NCBI GenBank assembly: GCA_043753995.1
Contig: JAYUVP010000079.1
Span: forward strand, 1-11,353
Direction of reading: 5' to 3'
DNA length: 11,353 bases
DNA from: Fibrobacterota bacterium
GTDB lineage: Bacteria; Fibrobacterota; Fibrobacteria; UBA11236
The position numbers and the translations under genes were made by a program. This document shows positions 6,767 to 11,353 of this stretch, piece after piece; positions within the stretch are counted from its first letter, which is position 1, and every line of letters starts with the position of its first letter. The notes beneath the pieces are model-generated. The model had not been told where the DNA came from. It ran no database searches and saw nothing but the letters and a program-made list of their open reading frames with translations.

Positions 6767-7900
6767 ATGTTCAAAAACCTCCAACAATCGACACCCATAC
6801 ATTTCATAACAACTGATTTTCCCCCAAACCTTGGAGGATTAGAGACTTATGCCTGGGAGATTTCACAAGGTTTATTGGAAATCGACCTAGTTAGCGCGGC
6901 CTTAAATCGGGTAGCTCCACCGCCTCAAATTGTTCAAGGGCCAAGTCATGGCCCGCCCCGATACCGTTGGCATCGCCGGCGTGACCGTGTGGGAGCTGGC
7001 TTGTGGAGCGCTTTCGATGCCTGCATATTGCCGAGAGCCACTCGACTGCATATGCAATGGAGCACGGCCTTGCCTTCCTATTTACGGCGACGAGTAGGGT
7101 TCCCTGGACGTTACATCGTCCTCGCCCATGGCGCGGAAATCGTCGAAAGCAATCCATGGTTGCGCTTGACCATGAAACGCATTCTCGAAGCCGCAGACGC
7201 GGTCGTAACAGGATCGCATTTTACGCGGAACCTTCTTCTTGAACAGGGAGTACGACCACGTCGCCTGGAAATCATCGCCTATGGGGCCCCGCCGCCGCCA
7301 CCCGAAACCGATCGTGCCACACCCGGTCAAAGCAATAGATTGGAATTGCTATGCGTGCACAGGCTGGTACCACGCAAAGGCACGGCTCTATTGTTTCATA
7401 GTTTGGCCACATTGTTGGAAATGCCTTGGCATTTGACCGTGATTGGCGAGGGTCCAGAAAGGGATAGCTTGATGCATTTGGCGAATCAACTGGGCCTAGA
7501 ATGCAGAGTGTCATTTCTTGGTGCCGTGAATGAAGACGAGAAAAAGAAATGCCTAGGCAATTCCGACTTATTCATTTTGCCCAGCCTATCTCCTCAAGGC
7601 AATAATCATGTTGAAGGATTGGGGCTCGGCTTGCTTGAAGCCCAGGCCTTTGGCGTGCCGGTCTTGGCAGCGAAAACGGGGGGCATTCCGGAAGCCCTCG
7701 TCGAAGGACAAACCGGCTGGCTTTTTCCTCCTGGCTCGGTTTCCGCGCTCGCCCAAGCTCTAGGGAATTGTCTTTCCAATCCTCAGGAATTGATAAGGCG
7801 AGGGCGAAATGGCCCGACATTCATCGCCAATCATTATGACTGGGGGAAAAATATTCGGGAATGGAAAGCCTTATTGGCAGCGCTTTCGGAACGGCCGTAA
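6767..7900 (+). CDS. Family 4 glycosyltransferase (GT-B fold, retaining; PimB-like N-terminal motif)
   Basis: ITTDFPPNLGGLETY N-terminal motif, LAHGAE, RLVPRKG, VIGEGPER, DLFILPS, and the E-x7-E signature EGLGLGLLEAQAFGVPVLA followed by GGIPEALVEGQTG. Confidence 0.92.
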   Translation: MFKNLQQSTPIHFITTDFPPNLGGLETYAWEISQGLLEIDLVSAALNRVAPPPQIVQGPSHGPPRYRWHRRRDRVGAGLWSAFDACILPRATRLHMQWSTALPSYLRRRVGFPGRYIVLAHGAEIVESNPWLRLTMKRILEAADAVVTGSHFTRNLLLEQGVRPRRLEIIAYGAPPPPPETDRATPGQSNRLELLCVHRLVPRKGTALLFHSLATLLEMPWHLTVIGEGPERDSLMHLANQLGLECRVSFLGAVNEDEKKKCLGNSDLFILPSLSPQGNNHVEGLGLGLLEAQAFGVPVLAAKTGGIPEALVEGQTGWLFPPGSVSALAQALGNCLSNPQELIRRGRNGPTFIANHYDWGKNIREWKALLAALSERP

Positions 7901-7913
7901 AACGGCCTAATAA

Positions 7914-8378
7914 TCAGGAATATTTTTCTTCGCCAATGCGCAGGTTGGCGTAAAACTCTTCGGGGGAATTGGAAAGTATCAAGCTGCGACGAATGTCGGC
8001 ATCCGACATGATGCGCGAAATCGCCGATAAGGCACGAATATGTGGCCCGGTGGTATTGGATGGCGACACGATTAGGAAAAGCAAGTATACCGGCTCTTTG
8101 TCTATGGCCTCAAAATCCAATCCTCGTTTCACCGAGCAAGCCACCACGCACATGCGATCGACAAAGTCGACTTTTCCGTGAGGAACAGCTAAACCGCAGC
8201 CAATACCGGTGGACATTTTATCTTCGCGGCCCAAAACGGCTGCCAAAATTCCGGCCCGGTTTTCGATCTGATAGGCCTGACAAAGCAGATCGACCATCTC
8301 TTCCAGGATTTCACGTTTGGTTTGCCGATGCGAGTCGATGATGACGCACTTTTCGGTAAACCGTTCGGAAAGCTTCAT
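7914..8378 (-). CDS. Stand-alone PTS EIIA component (PTS_EIIA_2; PtsN/fructose-mannitol type)
   Basis: REDKMSTGIGCGLAVPHGK containing the phospho-acceptor His, GLDFEAIDKEPVYLLFLIVSP and HIRALSAISR. 154 aa. Purine-rich GGAAGGG precedes the ATG. Confidence 0.92.
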   Translation of the reverse strand: MKLSERFTEKCVIIDSHRQTKREILEEMVDLLCQAYQIENRAGILAAVLGREDKMSTGIGCGLAVPHGKVDFVDRMCVVACSVKRGLDFEAIDKEPVYLLFLIVSPSNTTGPHIRALSAISRIMSDADIRRSLILSNSPEEFYANLRIGEEKYS

Positions 8379-8467
8379 TCTACCCTTCCCGGTGTGAGAT
8401 CTAAGGTTCCTGCAGCAATTCTACCGCAGGGGGGCCCAAATCTAGCATAAGGCGTCGGCCTTCTGGC

Positions 8468-11353
8468 TTAGAATTCGGCCCCTAAAGACCAATATTCGCG
8501 AGAAGGGTTTTTATGCGAGCCTACGCCGTCGACCGGCTTGCCCCAGGTATACTTGAGCACGAAGATCCCAAGATTAAGGCGCATGCCCCACCCCCAGCCC
8601 ATGCCCAATTGCTCCAGGGCATTGCCGCTAGACCAAGCTCCGCCATAATCGATGAAGACATTTCCCATGACATAACGAATGGAAAACGGTATGGGCCAAA
8701 GTACGGTGAACTCTTCGATGAAGGGATAGCGAAACTCCACATTGCCCAAAAATTTGCGCGTTCCCGCATATTCGAAGTAATCATAGCCGCGCAACGGGAA
8801 ATCGAAGGCGCCGAAATACCACTCTTCCAGCTTGTCCGGGATATTGGCTTCATTGGCATGCGCATTGAAGGTTAAATCCTCGCCGCCGACCCAGTAAACG
8901 TGCGGGTTACGGTAACCTCCGATGGCTTCCGAAGCGCCGGCGGAAAGCCGCAATGCCAAGGTGTATTTCTTGCCGAACTCAAAATACCGGCGTATGTCGG
9001 CATCAAAAACCGAGTAGGAGTATTTATCCTGAAGGGCTGGTGGCACATAGGAAACCTGTAGCCTCGCTCGCATGCCATTGACGGGGCCGACCATGCCCCA
9101 TTGCGTGTGATCATGAACAAAGGACAGCGAGGTGAAAAGCGCGTTGTTTTGTGAATTACGGGCAGCCTGGCTACCTGAATCACTGCTTTCGGCCTTGCGC
9201 GAAGCAAAAAATGTGGTGGCTGCTCCCTCCAAGCGGGTGAAAGTGGAAAGTGGATAAGAGGCTCCACCTCCGAATCCCCAGCGTCTATCCAAAACGGTGG
9301 AATCGAAAAGGGTATTCGAATCTCGGAAAACGCTACGCGTGGATTGTTCGGCACGGTGAAAAGCCGAAATGGAAAAGTCAGGCTTCAAAGGCAAATAGCT
9401 GTAAACGATTTCACCATTGGTATTGTCCCAGCTTCCGTTGATGGAAAGGGCCATGCCGATTTCCTGATCGCCCATCAAATCACTCATGGTGAGATAGGCC
9501 ATGCCACCCGCCCCATAATAATTGTCCACGCCTAAGGCCGCATTGGCATTGTCCAAGCTGAAAATCGGGCGATAAGGCTTTTGCTTGAAATTGCCCGCAG
9601 CATCCACATATAGGCTGCTGTCCTGCAAAAAGGGCGAACGCTTAACGACTTTGGCGGATTTTTTTTCTGCTGTGACCACGCTATCGCTGAGAGTTAATGT
9701 TGCCGTGTCGCGGGCGGAGGCAACCACACTCGAGTCTTGGACTTTGGACGTATCTTGGCGCGTCGAATCGGTCTTGGCAAAAACTGGGGCGGCCGAATCA
9801 CGGGCTGTGGAATCCTTAGTGGCGGTTTGCGTGCCCATCTTTGAGGAATCGGTCTTGGTCGCGGCTTTCACTAGACTCGAATCTTCCGATATTTTTCGGC
9901 TTGATTTACGGCTCTTGCGCTTCCTTTTGCCGTCTTTTCCGTCGCCGGAATCCGGCTTATAGCTTTCCAAATTCGCAAAGGTCACAGGTCTGAAAAAAGT
10001 TTTAGTAGAATCTTCGGCAACTTGAATGAAGCGGGTTTTGGGCAATTCTCCATCCATGACCTTGCCCATGGGATCTTTCATCAAATAAATGTCCCACCCG
10101 CCGGCCTCGAATAGCGAAAAAGTCATGAGCTTGCCGTCACGTGACCAGGCCGGCGTGAAACATCCCGTCAGCAGATTCGAAATGGGGTGCGATACCCAAG
10201 TGCCACCCGAATCCTTGGCCAAATACAGATTGTCAAGCCCGGAACGATTCGACACAAAGGAAATGAGGCTATCCGAAGGCCCATAGCTCGGCATTTTTTC
10301 ATCCCAACGGCCCGACGCGATGCGCTGCAATTGCCCTGTCACGAGGTCAAGGCGATACAAATCTTTAAATGGCAATAGGCTGTCGTAGTGACTCAGAGGA
10401 TCGCTTTGCGGAGTCATATCGGTGGAGGGACGGTCGCTTTCAAAGGCCAAATAGCGGCCCGAAGGTGAAAAGACCGGCTTGTCATCATTCGCGATGTCAT
10501 GAGTTAACTGACGTGTTACCTGGGTCGCGATATCGGTGATGAAAAGATCGGTGATGCCGCTCTTGCTGGCGCTGAAGGCGATTTGTTTGCCATCGCGGGA
10601 CCAGTCTGGCGAGAGTATGGCTTGAACATCGGGCCGAATTTCCCCAGTGATTTTACCGGTTTTAACATCGATCAGGTGAATGGCGTCACGACCTTCCGTC
10701 TTGCTGACTATGGCTAGTCGCTTGCCATCGGGGCTCCAGGATATCGCCGACTTGAAACTATGGAAGCTTTCATGCTTGCTCCCTTTGCCGCCCTGAATCA
10801 CGGTCCGCGTGACTTTTTCCGTTTTCACATTGAGGATGTAAATCGCCTCCCAAGATTCCCGGTCAGAGAAAAAAGCGATCTCCTTGCCGTCTGGAGATAT
10901 CGATGGCTGGAGGTTATAGAAGCTATTGTCCTTACCATGGCGGGTCAGTTGGCGAGCCACGGTTTTCCCATATTGCCTTTGCCCGAGCTCAGGCCAATAC
11001 AGATAGCGCAATTCGCGCAACCAAATCTCTCCTGCCTCTTCCAAAGACGTCTTGGTCACTTTTTTAAATGCCTGGGGCAAGTCGCGCTCTTCAGTCAAGG
11101 CTGCGATGAATCGCGTCACTGTACCCTTGCCATAAGACGCGTCCATCCAACGCAAGAAAAGCTGGCCGCCTTTGTAGGCTAGAAAGCCTCCGAAATCTAC
11201 GGTTGGTGGGGCGACATAGCCGAAAGTTGTCGCATCGATCATGAAAAACTCCGAGGCGAGATCCCATCCTAAGGTGGCGTATTCGGCCAAGCCTTCATTC
11301 ACCCACAATGGAAACTGATAACCCGCTTGACGGGCCATAGCCGAGGCCCCTTC
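8468..11353 (-). CDS. Large outer-membrane protein: peptidase-MA-like domain, TolB/PD40 beta-propeller and Omp85 (BamA/TamA-like) beta-barrel; 5' end outside the window
   Basis: The frame is open to the window edge (EGASA precedes M at 11338). PLWVNEGLAEY and AYKGGQLFLRWMDASYG are typical of the C-terminal half of gluzincin/peptidase-MA domains. Six PD40-like repeats follow. The barrel has SDLMGDQ at its start, the loop-6 motif LRGY (8783-8794), FIDYG, and a C-terminal beta-signal YWSLGAEF ending in Phe. Confidence 0.85.
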   Translation of the reverse strand, partial: EGASAMARQAGYQFPLWVNEGLAEYATLGWDLASEFFMIDATTFGYVAPPTVDFGGFLAYKGGQLFLRWMDASYGKGTVTRFIAALTEERDLPQAFKKVTKTSLEEAGEIWLRELRYLYWPELGQRQYGKTVARQLTRHGKDNSFYNLQPSISPDGKEIAFFSDRESWEAIYILNVKTEKVTRTVIQGGKGSKHESFHSFKSAISWSPDGKRLAIVSKTEGRDAIHLIDVKTGKITGEIRPDVQAILSPDWSRDGKQIAFSASKSGITDLFITDIATQVTRQLTHDIANDDKPVFSPSGRYLAFESDRPSTDMTPQSDPLSHYDSLLPFKDLYRLDLVTGQLQRIASGRWDEKMPSYGPSDSLISFVSNRSGLDNLYLAKDSGGTWVSHPISNLLTGCFTPAWSRDGKLMTFSLFEAGGWDIYLMKDPMGKVMDGELPKTRFIQVAEDSTKTFFRPVTFANLESYKPDSGDGKDGKRKRKSRKSSRKISEDSSLVKAATKTDSSKMGTQTATKDSTARDSAAPVFAKTDSTRQDTSKVQDSSVVASARDTATLTLSDSVVTAEKKSAKVVKRSPFLQDSSLYVDAAGNFKQKPYRPIFSLDNANAALGVDNYYGAGGMAYLTMSDLMGDQEIGMALSINGSWDNTNGEIVYSYLPLKPDFSISAFHRAEQSTRSVFRDSNTLFDSTVLDRRWGFGGGASYPLSTFTRLEGAATTFFASRKAESSDSGSQAARNSQNNALFTSLSFVHDHTQWGMVGPVNGMRARLQVSYVPPALQDKYSYSVFDADIRRYFEFGKKYTLALRLSAGASEAIGGYRNPHVYWVGGEDLTFNAHANEANIPDKLEEWYFGAFDFPLRGYDYFEYAGTRKFLGNVEFRYPFIEEFTVLWPIPFSIRYVMGNVFIDYGGAWSSGNALEQLGMGWGWGMRLNLGIFVLKYTWGKPVDGVGSHKNPSREYWSLGAEF
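9614..9958 (-). repeat. Low-complexity D-(S/T)-x repeat linker within the Omp85-like gene
   Basis: The 115-aa stretch has 11 D-S/T dipeptides and a basic patch KRKRKSRKSSRK. A 13-bp direct repeat GAATCGGTCTTGG occurs at 9765-9777 and 9846-9858, both encoding KTDS. Confidence 0.75.
10080..10915 (-). repeat. Six PD40/TolB-like protein repeats (approximate bounds)
   Basis: PSISPDGKEIAFFSDR, ISWSPDGKRLAIVS, PDWSRDGKQIAFSA, PVFSPSGRYLAFESDR, PSYGPSDSLISFVSNRSG and PAWSRDGKLMTFSL, each followed by a DIY/DLF/AIY-type strand. Confidence 0.85.

Noticed and set aside
6767..7900. GT4 as the enzyme glycosylating the nearby D-S/T linker
   Set aside because: It is on the opposite strand and not in the same operon. 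A cytoplasmic GT4 would not act directly on an exported protein, and GT4 genes are very common.
7893..7907. Small hairpin GGCCGT-AAA-ACGGCC at the convergent GT4/EIIA junction
   Set aside because: Only 6 bp with a 3-nt loop and no U-run. It could be a weak terminator but may be chance.
8409..8430. Hairpin CCTGCGGTA-GAAT-TGCTGCAGG (minus strand) between the Omp85-like gene and EIIA
   Set aside because: 9-bp stem with two G-U pairs and no U-tract, so not supportable as a terminator. The TAGAAT inside it lacks a convincing -35.
1..11353. CRISPR array, tRNA/rRNA, riboswitch or defence island
   Set aside because: All intergenic gaps are 161 nt or shorter, with no regularly spaced repeats or recognisable RNA structure. 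No defence-type domains were recognised.

Overview
Gene-dense bacterial chromosomal window with mostly housekeeping genes. No rRNA, tRNA, CRISPR array or recognisable IS was seen. In order: the 3' end of lspA, an RluD-type pseudouridine synthase and an atypical class I SAM methyltransferase (+ strand, probably one operon); a bidirectional intrinsic terminator; DNA topoisomerase III (topB, - strand, probable TTG start at 4798 with a good RBS and sigma70-like promoter); a divergent Fpg/Nei-family glycosylase of a non-canonical subfamily; a convergent 254-aa orphan with an N-terminal serine-resolvase-like domain that has lost most catalytic residues; a divergent GT4 glycosyltransferase; a stand-alone PTS EIIA; and a 5'-truncated large outer-membrane protein (peptidase-MA-like domain, six TolB/PD40 repeats, D-S/T-rich linker, Omp85-type barrel, no POTRA visible). 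The most unusual items are the apparent pseudo-recombinase fusion with a palindrome upstream, and the Omp85 fusion whose linker is packed with motifs matching the Bacteroidota-type O-glycosylation sequon. That linker and architecture hint at an FCB-group organism, which is inference only. All calls come from reading motifs by eye; no searches were run.
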